Source: a virus
Reading direction: 5' to 3' (one strand)
IMG/VR virus record: IMGVR_UViG_3300012228_000001
Location: 39,293-103,292 of that record
Length of the DNA: 64,000 bases
Part shown: positions 1-9,329 of the stretch, in pieces
Layout of the letters: each line of letters starts with the position of its first letter
Numbering within the stretch: position 1 is the first letter of the stretch
Translations under genes and position numbers: made by a program
The notes under the pieces: model-generated
Seen by the model: only the letters and a program-made list of their open reading frames with translations
Databases searched by the model: none
What the model was told of the DNA's origin: nothing

Positions 1-2
1 AT

Positions 3-476
3 CGCCCGGTTCGCGCCGATCATTTGACGGTAGCTTTTGCTCTGCTTATAAAGATCGCCTAGCCCGCGAAGCCTGTCTGCGCCGAGCTGCTTTGCTCGCT
101 CGTAAATATCTGCTGGCATTGCGCCGCGCATCGCCCGCCCGCTTGAACTGACAGTGCCCGGCGTGAAGTGGCGGAACGGGATGACCATGTAGCCGCGCCC
201 CCGCTTGTTGCGGTGCGGCCAATTGGCGATCCGTGACGGTAAATGAAATCCCTGATGGCCCTCTTCGACAATGCCCGCGTAGGGCGAATGGTTTGCGATT
301 GACACCGACAGAGAATTGCCGCCGTAGGGATATTCCGTCGTCGCGTCGCGGATGCCACGGATATATTGCCCCGTGGCCGAATAGGGCATTGCCAGCGTGA
401 TCCACTCACGGCGGATAATGTCGGCCACCGGCCCGGCAAGGGATTCCTCAATGTGCGGATAGTCGCCTGCTGGCAT
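3..476 (-). CDS. Virion neck/tail-completion-like protein (runs off window start)
   Basis: Not in the ORF track. Read by hand from ATG 476 with GGAGGGA SD: MPAGDYPHIEE...SPYAGIVEEGHQGFHL...GYMVIPFRHFTPG, open to the window edge. Follows the neck genes. Confidence 0.6.
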   Translation of the reverse strand, partial: MPAGDYPHIEESLAGPVADIIRREWITLAMPYSATGQYIRGIRDATTEYPYGGNSLSVSIANHSPYAGIVEEGHQGFHLPSRIANWPHRNKRGRGYMVIPFRHFTPGTVSSSGRAMRGAMPADIYERAKQLGADRLRGLGDLYKQSKSYRQMIGANRA

Positions 477-506
477 CTATGCGTCCCTCCATGCTAAATT
501 TTTAGA

Positions 507-1112
507 ATGCCAGCAAAAACACATGGGCTTTATCAAACCCGCATATACAAAGTGTGGATCGGAATTAAGCAGCGATGTTTGAACCCCAACGATGGTGCCT
601 ACCCCGACTACGGCGGGCGTGGGATAACGATTTGCAATGAGTGGCGTACCTTCCCACCGTTTTATGCTTGGGTCACGAGCAAGTTCCCCGATGGAAACGT
701 TCCGACTGGATTGTCGATTGATAGATTCGACAACGATGGTCCCTATGCGCCCTGGAATTGCCGATGGGCGACGCGAGCTGAACAAAATAGAAACTCCCGG
801 CATAATCGCTTCGTGGAGTTTAATGGACAAAAACTTTGCCTTATGGATTGGGCGAATCAACTTGGTATTAGTTATCACTCCCTGTCGAAACGTCTGCAAA
901 AATGGCCGATTGATAGAGCATTGACGGAACAAAAGAATCATTTCACTGGACAGCGCCTTATTACTCACGCCGGACGAACGCAGTTTCTTTTTCAGTGGGC
1001 GAACGAAATCGGTATTAGCCTCAAAGGGCTGTCTTCTCGTTTGAATCGTGGTTGGTCCGTAGATCATGCTCTTACCGTTTCGCGTCGGCGCTCGCCTACT
1101 GCACGGCCCTGA
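507..1112 (+). CDS. Homing endonuclease-like protein (HNH-related, YGGRGI family)
   Basis: HGLYQTRIYKVW...RCLNPN...YGGRGITIC...SIDRFDNDGPYAPWNCRWAT motif plus repeated C-terminal HTH units; antisense to the structural operon. Confidence 0.8.
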   Translation: MPAKTHGLYQTRIYKVWIGIKQRCLNPNDGAYPDYGGRGITICNEWRTFPPFYAWVTSKFPDGNVPTGLSIDRFDNDGPYAPWNCRWATRAEQNRNSRHNRFVEFNGQKLCLMDWANQLGISYHSLSKRLQKWPIDRALTEQKNHFTGQRLITHAGRTQFLFQWANEIGISLKGLSSRLNRGWSVDHALTVSRRRSPTARP

Positions 1113-1812
1113 TAAAGTCGAGCCTCTTCGCAAGCCACTGCAAAGGTAGCGGTTGAAGATTCTCCGCTCGCGACCGCATCGGTGCCCAACAAATATATTC
1201 AGCTTCGGTCTTGAATCGAATTGAGTATCTGGCCCCTTCATCGGGAGCATTCCCGCCGTTGAGCCATGACACTTGGTTGTTGTTAATAATTTCAAAATCG
1301 GTTCCTGCCAATAATTCGGTCAGTACATAAGTGTACGGATGACCACTGCTCGGCGTCCTCTTCGTCCATATCGCCCGCTCGACGAAAAGAATTTTATCGA
1401 ATCGCGTTCGCTCTTGCGTGTTTCCAGTTAGCGGATTGACCGCACCTTTTGTTAGGAGTTCCGACACGCTAACAATCTCGGTTGGCACGGAAAAACGATC
1501 ATAGTGGGACATTGGCGTCCCTGTTGGGAAACTCCAAAGAGCATCCATCAAATCGATACTCCCCTGTTCATAATATGCTCGATTGATCCGTCTATTCGGC
1601 CCGAACGCCATAACGGTCGCCCCGGCATCCCACAAGAACCCCCAACCCGTGCATACTGAACAACTAGCATCCGGCTGACCCGATTCCTCAGTTGAGCAGG
1701 GACACTTGATTCCTTGCCGAAGAACAACCGGCACGCCATGCACGGCAATTTCTTCATCGAAATCGTCTTTCGATAGAACTTCATGGAATACGTTCGGGTT
1801 TTCAATTGCCAC
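1096..1812 (-). CDS. Neck/head-closure protein
   Basis: CPC...CSVCTGWG motif typical of large-myovirus neck proteins; synteny downstream of the capsid gene. Confidence 0.6.
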   Translation of the reverse strand: MAIENPNVFHEVLSKDDFDEEIAVHGVPVVLRQGIKCPCSTEESGQPDASCSVCTGWGFLWDAGATVMAFGPNRRINRAYYEQGSIDLMDALWSFPTGTPMSHYDRFSVPTEIVSVSELLTKGAVNPLTGNTQERTRFDKILFVERAIWTKRTPSSGHPYTYVLTELLAGTDFEIINNNQVSWLNGGNAPDEGARYSIRFKTEAEYICWAPMRSRAENLQPLPLQWLAKRLDFIRAVQ

Positions 1813-1813
1813 T

Positions 1814-2653
1814 TCACACCGTAACGAAAATCACTGACTTCTCGTGCGCCCGGAAACTCTCTCGAATCTCTTTCTCCTGCTCGACGGCGAGCTGGATTTG
1901 CCCGCTGTAGCGGCCATATTTGCCGCCAGCAAAGCCCCGTGAATGCGATAGCCCGTCCAGCCCTATCGACGTGCTCCCAACGCCCGCAAACGGCACGTTG
2001 CCGATAATCCCGCCGAGAAAAAGCAGAGTACGCAGCATTATCCCTTCGAGCAGGTCGGCGTTATCGCGCCGCAACCGAGTCGGGTCGTAGCCCGCCAGAT
2101 AATCGACGAAGATCACCTTGGGCAAACCGTAAGCCCCACCCGAAGCGATTGACAAAAAGAAAGCGTTGAAGCTGGCGTAGATCGCGGCGTTAGTCGGGAT
2201 TACGTTGATCTGCCCGTTCTTGAAATCGACCTTCAGCCATTGCTGCGGGACGTTGAATAACTTTTGCTCTGCCGAGGGGAAAGCGAAAAAGAGCTGCGTG
2301 ATTCCCGATGGCGCGTTCGGGTCTGGCACGACGGGCCGGTTGCGCAGCTTGAAGCCGCCCCACTTGTCGCCGAGATACCAGTCACGGTCGTAATCGTAGC
2401 CCGGCTCTTCGATCTCCGGTATGGCCGCATTCGGATCAATCGCAACACCCCGTTCGTGAGCGCCGCACTTGATCCGCTTGATGCCTAAAAAAATGTTGAG
2501 ATTCTTTTCGTAGAAATCTTCTGCCGCCCGAATTTTCCGCAATATTTCCGTGTCGGGATAGCTCTTTTGTTCCCCGCGTGCTGTTAAGAGGATGCCATAA
2601 AGCTGATTGCCCTTGATATCCTCAACCACCAAGCCGCTTTTGGTTTGCTCCAT
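1814..2653 (-). CDS. Head-tail adaptor/neck protein
   Basis: VDYLAGY and STSIGLDGLSHS motifs; position after the capsid genes. Confidence 0.6.
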   Translation of the reverse strand: MEQTKSGLVVEDIKGNQLYGILLTARGEQKSYPDTEILRKIRAAEDFYEKNLNIFLGIKRIKCGAHERGVAIDPNAAIPEIEEPGYDYDRDWYLGDKWGGFKLRNRPVVPDPNAPSGITQLFFAFPSAEQKLFNVPQQWLKVDFKNGQINVIPTNAAIYASFNAFFLSIASGGAYGLPKVIFVDYLAGYDPTRLRRDNADLLEGIMLRTLLFLGGIIGNVPFAGVGSTSIGLDGLSHSRGFAGGKYGRYSGQIQLAVEQEKEIRESFRAHEKSVIFVTV

Positions 2654-2660
2654 CGCATCA

Positions 2661-3245
2661 TTAAGGCAAATCGTTCAGGTTCGTAATTCCGGTCGCGGGA
2701 ATGATCGGCGTTGCCGGGTAGTAATTCGTTTCGCTCGCCGGATTGCCCGCCGCGCCGCCTTTCAGTGCATCAGTGGCACCGATCCACGCCAGCCCGGCAG
2801 CGGTTTTAACAGTGACGTAGCCCATGTCCGCCTCGTTCGCAGGCGTCACCGGAAGCGCGGCAATCGCCAGTTTTTCGGTGGCATAGCCAGTGACATTGCC
2901 TGCTGCCGGGGCCACGGTGATTGTCCCGTTGGCTTGAATCGATAAGCGATAAAGCGCCCATTTGTCCGCTGTCACCGTTTGCGCCGTTGGCGCAGTGCCC
3001 GCCACAACTGCGGCCTTAGTGTAGACCAAGCCGTTGATGCCAAAATTAAACGCGGCGCTGGCGATTTGATCGTCGGTCGAGCCGATGGCAAGCCCGGTGC
3101 TCTCAAAAACGCCAGAGCCGCCGACAAGAAAACTGCGCAACGAATTGACGGCGGTGATGAGTCCTTGAAGAGTCGTGCCGAGCAGCGCATTTTTCGCCGC
3201 TGGCATACTCTCGTCAAGGTCTTTCATATAGTCACGAAGAGCCAT
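2661..3245 (-). CDS. Putative virion structural (head decoration) protein
   Basis: A/G/T-rich 194 aa ORF with SD, in the head operon. Confidence 0.5.
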   Translation of the reverse strand: MALRDYMKDLDESMPAAKNALLGTTLQGLITAVNSLRSFLVGGSGVFESTGLAIGSTDDQIASAAFNFGINGLVYTKAAVVAGTAPTAQTVTADKWALYRLSIQANGTITVAPAAGNVTGYATEKLAIAALPVTPANEADMGYVTVKTAAGLAWIGATDALKGGAAGNPASETNYYPATPIIPATGITNLNDLP

Positions 3246-3251
3246 AGAAAA

Positions 3252-3746
3252 TTACCCCCTTTGCGCGATGCTTGCCTCGATCATTTCAAGGATTTCTTCC
3301 TTCGAAGTTCCTTGATTCACGATAAGGCCCAAATTCTCCGCGTAGTCAGCCAGCGACTTTCTCGACCACGTTAATGACGGCTCGCCGATCTGCTGCTTCA
3401 GCTTCGAGTTTTCTTCACGCAGCTCAAGAATCAGCATGTTCGCCTTGCCGAGCTGTTCGGAGTTGATCGATAGCGTGCGCTGCAATTCGGCGATGGTTCG
3501 ATCCTTGTCGCCGTCACCGCTTACAACCGCGTTTAGATTGTCCGCCTTGAAGGCCGCAACCGCTGTCTCGACTTCTTTCGGATCGGCGCGGAACAACTGG
3601 AAGCCGGGAATTTTCAGAAGCCGCTCCGCTTCGGCTTCCGTGAGCGCTTCGCTCACATGATGCACGCGGTCTTTAACCTTGACCGGCACGAATAGCTTGC
3701 CATCAATTCGATTACTGGCGTTCGGTAAACCGCAGACAACGTGCAT
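3252..3746 (-). CDS. Hypothetical protein, coiled coil with C-terminal helix-extension-helix-like motif
   Basis: Directly after the capsid gene; ends SRKSLADYAENLGL..TSKEEILEMI. Confidence 0.5.
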   Translation of the reverse strand: MHVVCGLPNASNRIDGKLFVPVKVKDRVHHVSEALTEAEAERLLKIPGFQLFRADPKEVETAVAAFKADNLNAVVSGDGDKDRTIAELQRTLSINSEQLGKANMLILELREENSKLKQQIGEPSLTWSRKSLADYAENLGLIVNQGTSKEEILEMIEASIAQRG

Positions 3747-3780
3747 GAAATCCCCCCTTGAAGAAGTTAATGGCCGAGTT

Positions 3781-5274
3781 TTAGTTGAACGGTCTCCACG
3801 TCGCCGTGCGCGGCAACACGTTATTCAAGATGACGTGCTGTTGCGGCTTGGCGACTCGCAGCGCGAAGAAGATCAACTGCGCCCACAAGATTTCCGCCGT
3901 GGTGCTTGGATAGAGCGGGAATTTCATCATCGGGAGCAAGCGCCGGATCGTAAGAGCGCCCATACCCGGCACCATGTTCAGGATGTACGCTTTCGACGTG
4001 CCGGGAATGTCGGTGTTGTAGTCGACATAGACGGTCGTTGCAGCGCCCGAATCGGCGACGCGGGTCATTTCGCGGAAGTCTGCGTCGGCATTGCCGCCGT
4101 TTAACTTGCTGCGATAAACAATCCAACCGCTCGGATGCGCGGTGCCCGCCGTGATCGTCAACGTGACTTTATCGCCAGACGCGACAGTTACTTGTGCGCT
4201 CTTGGTCAGGTTGCCGTGGCCGTCCTTGGTGATCGGCGCGACGGCGTAGTAGTACAAGCCCGCCTGCGCAGCGACAAACTCCGAAGCGGCATCCCCGGCT
4301 GCTACGCCCCCGAGGGTAGCGGCGGCTTCGATAGTCGCATTGAGAGCACCGGCAAAGATACCCGTGGCGGATTTCGCTGCCGGTTGAGATTCCAAAATCA
4401 GCTTGTCGAAACAAGCTTGGAGTCGGCCCTCGAAAGCGAAACTCGACTTGATGCCGATGACCGGCGCACCCTTCATAATGCCGAAGGCGCCGACTTCACT
4501 TGGCGAACCCATCATTACACGGAAAGCCGGATCGAGACCCTTGTCGAGATCGGCCTGAACGCCGGTAGACCAAAAGCCGTGAGAAACCATGCCGAAGTTT
4601 CCGAAGCGGCTCACCTGCTCGGCAGCGTCGACGATCTGCTCGCCGGAATTGCCGATAGGTTGGCCCTTCAGATTCACGATATTGGCCGGTGCGAGGGTCT
4701 TGATAATCTTGTAGAGACCGTCGAACTGTTCCGGCACAACAGACGAGTCGCCGTTGAACAAACCCCACTCACCAGAAGTAAGCAGTTCCAACGCGCCGCC
4801 AGTTTGCTGCACGGAAGTAGCCGAAGCGATGCCGCCTTCCAATTCCTTGACGAACGAAACGCGCCGCTTGGTCATCAGATATTTGATCTGCAACGTGCGA
4901 CGGCGCAGCGTAGCATCCTGCTCGCCGATTGCGCCGAGTTCGGAATTGAACGAACTGCCGGGATAGCCGCCGACAGCAGTCTCTTCCGTCCATTCGTCGA
5001 CAGTCGCGGTAGCGTTGCTCTTTTCAGCCATGTTCCACAGACGGAAATCCGTGAACTGCTGAATGACCGCGAGCAATGTGGCCTCCAAGCTTTGACGCCG
5101 CAAAGCGCCGCCGCCTGTTAAACTAGCCACGTCGGTCACGCCCGTACCAGACGTAAGGGCTTTGAAAAATCCCTCGTAAGCGTCATAGTCGAGTAGGTTG
5201 GGGATGCGCGGGATGCCGCTGCCACCCTCTACTGAACCAAACGGGATCAGTGGATATCCGCCTGCAAGTTCCAT
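3781..5274 (-). CDS. Major capsid protein (SPO1/Twort-like)
   Basis: FKALTSGTG..GGGALRRQSLE N-terminus, EWGLFNGDS..QFDGL, NIVNLKG, C-terminal HVILNNV; 497 aa; order protease-scaffold-MCP. Confidence 0.9.
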   Translation of the reverse strand: MELAGGYPLIPFGSVEGGSGIPRIPNLLDYDAYEGFFKALTSGTGVTDVASLTGGGALRRQSLEATLLAVIQQFTDFRLWNMAEKSNATATVDEWTEETAVGGYPGSSFNSELGAIGEQDATLRRRTLQIKYLMTKRRVSFVKELEGGIASATSVQQTGGALELLTSGEWGLFNGDSSVVPEQFDGLYKIIKTLAPANIVNLKGQPIGNSGEQIVDAAEQVSRFGNFGMVSHGFWSTGVQADLDKGLDPAFRVMMGSPSEVGAFGIMKGAPVIGIKSSFAFEGRLQACFDKLILESQPAAKSATGIFAGALNATIEAAATLGGVAAGDAASEFVAAQAGLYYYAVAPITKDGHGNLTKSAQVTVASGDKVTLTITAGTAHPSGWIVYRSKLNGGNADADFREMTRVADSGAATTVYVDYNTDIPGTSKAYILNMVPGMGALTIRRLLPMMKFPLYPSTTAEILWAQLIFFALRVAKPQQHVILNNVLPRTATWRPFN

Positions 5275-5325
5275 AAAAAACCCCCTCTTTTCTGCTTATA
5301 CAGCGTTAGTGATTACGGCTAGTTA

Positions 5326-6210
5326 TTAACCAACGTCTCTGATCGCCGACATGATATTCGACGGGACCGCCATGCCCTCGTTGACACAAGTCTCGGCAAG
5401 CGCAACGTCTTGGAAGCTGATCTTTTGCGACTTCTGCGCCTTCAGTAAACGCTCCGAGAATTCCAGCCGGGTCATCCCGCCGCCATCGTTGTTCGCGCCA
5501 GCGCCATTGACGCTTTTGTTGGTGGCCGCTGGTTTGTCGACCGCTGATAACATGCTGATGCGACCGCGCCCGGCGTTGCTCGCCCCTTCGAGGCTCTTCT
5601 TCATGCCGTTCAGCATGACGCTCAACCCGTAGGCGATAACTTCGACGGATTTTTCCAGCTTGGCCTGCGCCAAACGGACTTCGTGAATCTCGTTGAAGCC
5701 CTTGTCGAGCTGCTGGTTAATCACGAATACTTTTTCGTCTTCGCTCAAATCCGGGTCGTTGGAGATTTCATCGATGGATTTACGCACGTTGCGCTTCTCG
5801 TCGTAGTACGGCACTTCGGCGTTCGACGGAACATCGACATCATCGTCTTCCATCTTGGCGTCGTAGTTGAATTTCTTTTTGATTTTCTTGGGCGAGTCCA
5901 TGTCGCCGGTGTTGAGGCTATTTTGATCGCCATAAGGCTGCTTGGTCTCACCAGACTTTTTGGCGAACATCTTTTTGTCCATAACCTCGTCTTCTTCCTC
6001 GTCATCATCGCAGCCATCAGCCGGGTCGCCAATCGGCCCCATCGGCATCGCCTTTTTCAACCGGGGCGATGAAATCATGGAGCCGAGCAAGTCGAGCGCT
6101 TTCTGGACAATGCCCAACTGCGTGACCGGCTCTTTGGTTGCTTCCGGCGATTTACCGTCCAGCGATTTTTGAATCTCCGCTGCCTGCGCTTCGAGATCGG
6201 AAATTTTCAT
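5326..6210 (-). CDS. Capsid scaffolding-like protein
   Basis: Acidic, low-complexity, many KS/KA dipeptides; lies between protease and MCP. Confidence 0.65.
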   Translation of the reverse strand: MKISDLEAQAAEIQKSLDGKSPEATKEPVTQLGIVQKALDLLGSMISSPRLKKAMPMGPIGDPADGCDDDEEEDEVMDKKMFAKKSGETKQPYGDQNSLNTGDMDSPKKIKKKFNYDAKMEDDDVDVPSNAEVPYYDEKRNVRKSIDEISNDPDLSEDEKVFVINQQLDKGFNEIHEVRLAQAKLEKSVEVIAYGLSVMLNGMKKSLEGASNAGRGRISMLSAVDKPAATNKSVNGAGANNDGGGMTRLEFSERLLKAQKSQKISFQDVALAETCVNEGMAVPSNIMSAIRDVG

Positions 6211-6226
6211 AGACTCCCCCTTTTTG

Positions 6227-7087
6227 TTAAGCGACCAATTTGAAAATTTGGATCACTGTCTTTTTCGCAATATCGACCGGCTTGCCCGCGCACTTGACTA
6301 AATGCTCAAGCGCCTCTTTCGGATCGTCGGTCTCTTCGTCGTGCCCGCACTTCTTTTTGCCGCCCTGAATTTGCGCCATCGGTGCGCCGTGCAAGCTTTG
6401 GCGTCGCAATGCTTCGCCGCCAGCCATCGCGTTGCTATCCGTGCTGCCCGGCCCGGCGACAAGCGCTTTCGCCATGTCCGCCCATGCCCACGAGTTCACG
6501 GGCTTGGTCGTCAAGACAACGTTCGTGACCATGCAGGCTTTGCTTGACGGATCGCCGAGATTTTGCACCGGGAGATATGCGCCCTCGATTGAGTAGCCAA
6601 GCTTGCGATCAAACCCTGACTTGCGGATCGCTTGAATCAAATCCCATGCGTCGTCGGCGGCTTTCTTTACGCCCGCAGGGAATAGGTGGCCCCAAATCGC
6701 CGTGCCGGATTTCATCGCGCCGTTGATCGGATCGCGATACTGGACACCCTTCTCGACACGCTCTGGCACGCCGATAATGTTGGCCGTTTCACCGGCATGA
6801 CAAGTCGGGCATTCGCCGGAAAAATGTTCAAATTTAAGAAAGCCCTGGCGGGTTGAGAAGCGGTCGAAATCGATCTGGTCGGCGAGCGCCGCGCCGAGAT
6901 TTTTCCCCATCGCTTGAAGCATCGGGGAGTAGGTCGAAAATTGCTCAAGGATCACTTCGCCGTCCAAGTCGCGGTCTTCGGTCGAGATAATGCCGCAAAT
7001 CATCCGGTCGGTCGGGCTGGAAATCTCCACGGATTTCTCAACGTCAAGCGGCACCCAAAAACTAAACGGTTGGCGAGTTCTGTCCAT
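6227..7087 (-). CDS. Prohead (capsid maturation) protease
   Basis: ICGIISTEDRDLDGE, KFEH, LGYSIEG, TNVVLTTKPVN motifs of herpes/HK97-fold prohead proteases. Confidence 0.88.
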   Translation of the reverse strand: MDRTRQPFSFWVPLDVEKSVEISSPTDRMICGIISTEDRDLDGEVILEQFSTYSPMLQAMGKNLGAALADQIDFDRFSTRQGFLKFEHFSGECPTCHAGETANIIGVPERVEKGVQYRDPINGAMKSGTAIWGHLFPAGVKKAADDAWDLIQAIRKSGFDRKLGYSIEGAYLPVQNLGDPSSKACMVTNVVLTTKPVNSWAWADMAKALVAGPGSTDSNAMAGGEALRRQSLHGAPMAQIQGGKKKCGHDEETDDPKEALEHLVKCAGKPVDIAKKTVIQIFKLVA

Positions 7088-7091
7088 AAAC

Positions 7092-7126
7092 AAAAAAAGC
7101 CCGCCAGGGATTACCTGTGCGGGCTT
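7092..7126 (-). terminator. Intrinsic terminator-like hairpin directly upstream of the protease start
   Basis: Minus strand AAGCCCGCACAGG-TAATC-CCTGGCGGGCTTTTTTT. Confidence 0.65.
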
Positions 7127-7206
7127 GAAGCCACAATGACACGACTCACTTCGGAGTCGGCCTTCCTGTCTAATCGGTTTTACCGAAACAGCTTTCCAAA
7201 TTGTGA
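7092..7206 (-). ncRNA. Candidate structured 5' leader/small RNA
   Basis: Nested inverted repeats (7132-7137/7200-7205, 7142-7147/7154-7159, 7174-7178/7182-7186) between promoter and terminator. Confidence 0.4.
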
Positions 7207-7210
7207 TTCT

Positions 7211-7240
7211 CGTTTACCACCCCTGCTTATACATTGTCAA
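7211..7240 (-). promoter_or_regulatory. Sigma70-like promoter for the capsid operon
   Basis: TTGACA-N18-TAAACG, with TG just upstream of the -10. Confidence 0.5.
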
Positions 7241-7262
7241 GCGCTCTTTTTGGCCCCCTCGG

Positions 7263-7328
7263 AGAAAACGGAACACTGCGGGAATAAAGGGTTGAAGGGG
7301 CCAACCGGCCAATTATTAACGGGCGCAA
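7263..7328 (+). promoter_or_regulatory. Repeated bipartite early-region element, copy 1
   Basis: AGAAAACGGAACACTGCGGGAATAA-N24-ATTATTAACGGGCGCAA, upstream of the first plus-strand gene. Confidence 0.6.
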
Positions 7329-7345
7329 CAAGAAAGGGGTGGCAA

Positions 7346-7803
7346 GTGAAGAACGAAGTAATCGAGGCAATCAAGGTGGTGAAAGAGTTCACCAGCAAGT
7401 CTCAATTCGCTGCGATGCGCGAAGGGCTTAAAGACGATGACGGTCAATACTTCGCCGACAAGTTCATGGAGATCGCGACCACGATCAACGGCATGGCAAA
7501 GACTTACGAGCAGAGCGGCATGGGCGACGAGGCCATTGCTTACCTGCACTACTTTCTCGGATCGATGGATTTCTACATCACGGAGAAAGACATAGGCAGC
7601 GACGACGAGCCGGGACAGCATCAAGCTTTCGGCTTGGCCGATCACGGCTACGGCGCTGAACTTGGCTATATCTCAATCGTCGAGCTGGTTGAGAACGGCG
7701 TCGAGCTGGACTTGAACTCACGCCAAAGACGTTGGCGGAAATCAAAGCGGAGCGCGAGCCGGTAACGGACGAAGAACGAAGCAACGGGCCGAAGCGATAT
7801 TAA
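7346..7803 (+). CDS. DUF2958-family protein (apparent 1-nt frameshift near 7718)
   Basis: AYLHYF..DFYITEKD..AFGLAD..ELGYISIVEL..VELDL motif; GTG start after AAGGGG. As sequenced it stops at 7765; the family-like tail (F)TPKTLAEIK is in another frame. Confidence 0.7.
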
Positions 7804-7836
7804 CCCTAACCCAAAAGAAAGGATGGCAAGACGACA

Positions 7837-8235
7837 ATGGCAAACGTACACGAAGTCGACATTAAGGGAGCGCTGGCATTTGACGCGAACGGTGACGATA
7901 AGGTGCTCAAACTTTTAGGCTGGCTTTCGCTGCCGAGCGTCGGATTCAAACTGGAATGGTCGAATGAGTTTCGCGTGCCGAATCATCACGGCGGCGAAAC
8001 GACGTTCACGCGGTTTGCGATCTACGGCAGTGAAGCTGCGAGCAGCGCCGCGATCTTACAGGACTTGGAAATCTTGCAGCGTGCGGGAACGATCTATTCC
8101 GCCAGCTACAAAGACATTGAAAACGACGGTGGCTGGATTCACGTCAATTTGCATGAACGACGTTTTCGGAAAGTGTTCAATCCTATGAACACAAGTGCTT
8201 GTCGGTTCTGCAAGGCGGCGAGCGACGGAAACTAA
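7837..8235 (+). CDS. Hypothetical protein
   Basis: ORF with SD in the tightly packed early block. Confidence 0.55.
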   Translation: MANVHEVDIKGALAFDANGDDKVLKLLGWLSLPSVGFKLEWSNEFRVPNHHGGETTFTRFAIYGSEAASSAAILQDLEILQRAGTIYSASYKDIENDGGWIHVNLHERRFRKVFNPMNTSACRFCKAASDGN

Positions 8236-8255
8236 TCTTCAAGAAAGGGATGGCA

Positions 8256-8504
8256 ATGGAAAACGAATTTGAATCTATGCGGCGAACGCTGGCTGCGGAG
8301 ACCAACAGCGTCAAGGGCGACCGTGAGTTGCTTGAAGCAAAACACGGCAAGGTATGGGACACCGACGAACTGGCGAGGGACTTTGACGTGTTGGGGTTCA
8401 TGGCACCGTTCATCGTCGTGAAGCGCAAAGACAATGGCGACATGGGGAGTTTGCAATTTCAGCATTCTCCCCGGTTCTACTTCGGCTACAAAAAAGATCG
8501 ATAA
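8256..8504 (+). CDS. Conserved phage hypothetical protein
   Basis: VWDTDEL..DFDVLGFMAPFIVVKRK..GSLQFQHSPRFYF, a recurrent phage small protein; SD AAGGGA. Confidence 0.65.
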   Translation: MENEFESMRRTLAAETNSVKGDRELLEAKHGKVWDTDELARDFDVLGFMAPFIVVKRKDNGDMGSLQFQHSPRFYFGYKKDR

Positions 8505-8508
8505 CGAT

Positions 8509-8637
8509 ATGAAAAAATTCCGACTGATTAACCGCAATAAGTTCCGCGCCGCCATGAAGCGGCTGCGGGGAAAAGCTACCGACCGGACGTTCGCGGCGAT
8601 CCGCGAGTTGAAGGGAGAACGTTATGCCTCGATATAA
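8509..8637 (+). CDS. Small basic hypothetical protein
   Basis: MKKFRLINR...; fills the gap and is coupled to the next gene. Confidence 0.4.
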   Translation: MKKFRLINRNKFRAAMKRLRGKATDRTFAAIRELKGERYASI

Positions 8638-8821
8638 AGGCGACCCGCGATGGATGACGGCGAAGTACGACAGCGTTTGTTATGTCTGCAAAAAGCCGAT
8701 CAAAAAGTACGACCGAATTTTCTATTACCCGAACGGCAAGCACGTCTTGTGCTCCAAGATAGACTGCGGTGAAAAAGCGGCACGCGAATTCGCCAGCGCC
8801 GCGTTCGATGAGGGGAGTTAG
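8624..8821 (+). CDS. Small Zn-binding hypothetical protein
   Basis: AKYDSVCYVCKKPIKKYDRIFY..C..C; SD AAGGGAG. Confidence 0.6.
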   Translation: MPRYKGDPRWMTAKYDSVCYVCKKPIKKYDRIFYYPNGKHVLCSKIDCGEKAAREFASAAFDEGS

Positions 8822-8825
8822 TAAC

Positions 8826-9080
8826 ATGATAAAACCAACCATTCACAACAACGGCACGTCGCGGCAAGCGCTGTTCGATCAGGTCTTGAACGCCGGATAT
8901 AAAATTTACGACGCCCTCAAGGCGCTGGAAGCGGCGTGCCCCAATGGCCGGGATTATTACCCGCAAGGCGCGGACGCCATTAACAAAGCGATGGCTGAAC
9001 ACACCGTTCGTCATCACAAGCTAAAAGAAGTGTGGGACGACATGCAAGAGCTGGCCACGCACATTTCCGACGCCGAATAA
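8826..9080 (+). CDS. Hypothetical protein
   Basis: MIKPTIHNNGTS..PNGRDYYPQG, a recurrent phage small protein; SD GAGGGGAG. Confidence 0.6.
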   Translation: MIKPTIHNNGTSRQALFDQVLNAGYKIYDALKALEAACPNGRDYYPQGADAINKAMAEHTVRHHKLKEVWDDMQELATHISDAE

Positions 9081-9147
9081 GAAAACGGAACACTGCGGGA
9101 ATAAGAGTATGTAGGGGATGGGTAGGCGGATTATTAACCGGGCGCAA
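9080..9147 (+). promoter_or_regulatory. Repeated bipartite early-region element, copy 2
   Basis: First 25 nt identical to 7263-7287, then N25, then ATTATTAACCGGGCGCAA. Confidence 0.6.
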
Positions 9148-9161
9148 ACGAAGGGAGAGTT

Positions 9162-9329
9162 ATGAACGGGATGGCAAAAATCAGCATGGCCAACAAGGCT
9201 AGGTTTTACGATTACAAAGCGAGGCAAGCGCAGGCAAAGAAAGAAGCTGCACTAATCCTGAATAAGCTGCTTCGGGTACAGATCGCGGCGATTCCGCCAG
9301 CGCATCCGAAAGCGCGGGTGTCGGCATGA
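9162..9329 (+). CDS. Small hypothetical protein (55 aa)
   Basis: Read by hand; SD AAGGGAG; stop overlaps the next ATG. Confidence 0.5.
   Translation: MNGMAKISMANKARFYDYKARQAQAKKEAALILNKLLRVQIAAIPPAHPKARVSA

Noticed and set aside
4135-5121. Long antisense ORFs (e.g. 4135-5121, 477-1295, 43809-44525, 17997-18599)
   Set aside because: Shadow frames of well-supported genes in GC-rich DNA, without recognisable motifs
6914-7345. N-terminal extension of the 283-aa ORF
   Set aside because: Overlaps the protease gene and the regulatory region; the real start is probably GTG 7346 after an SD
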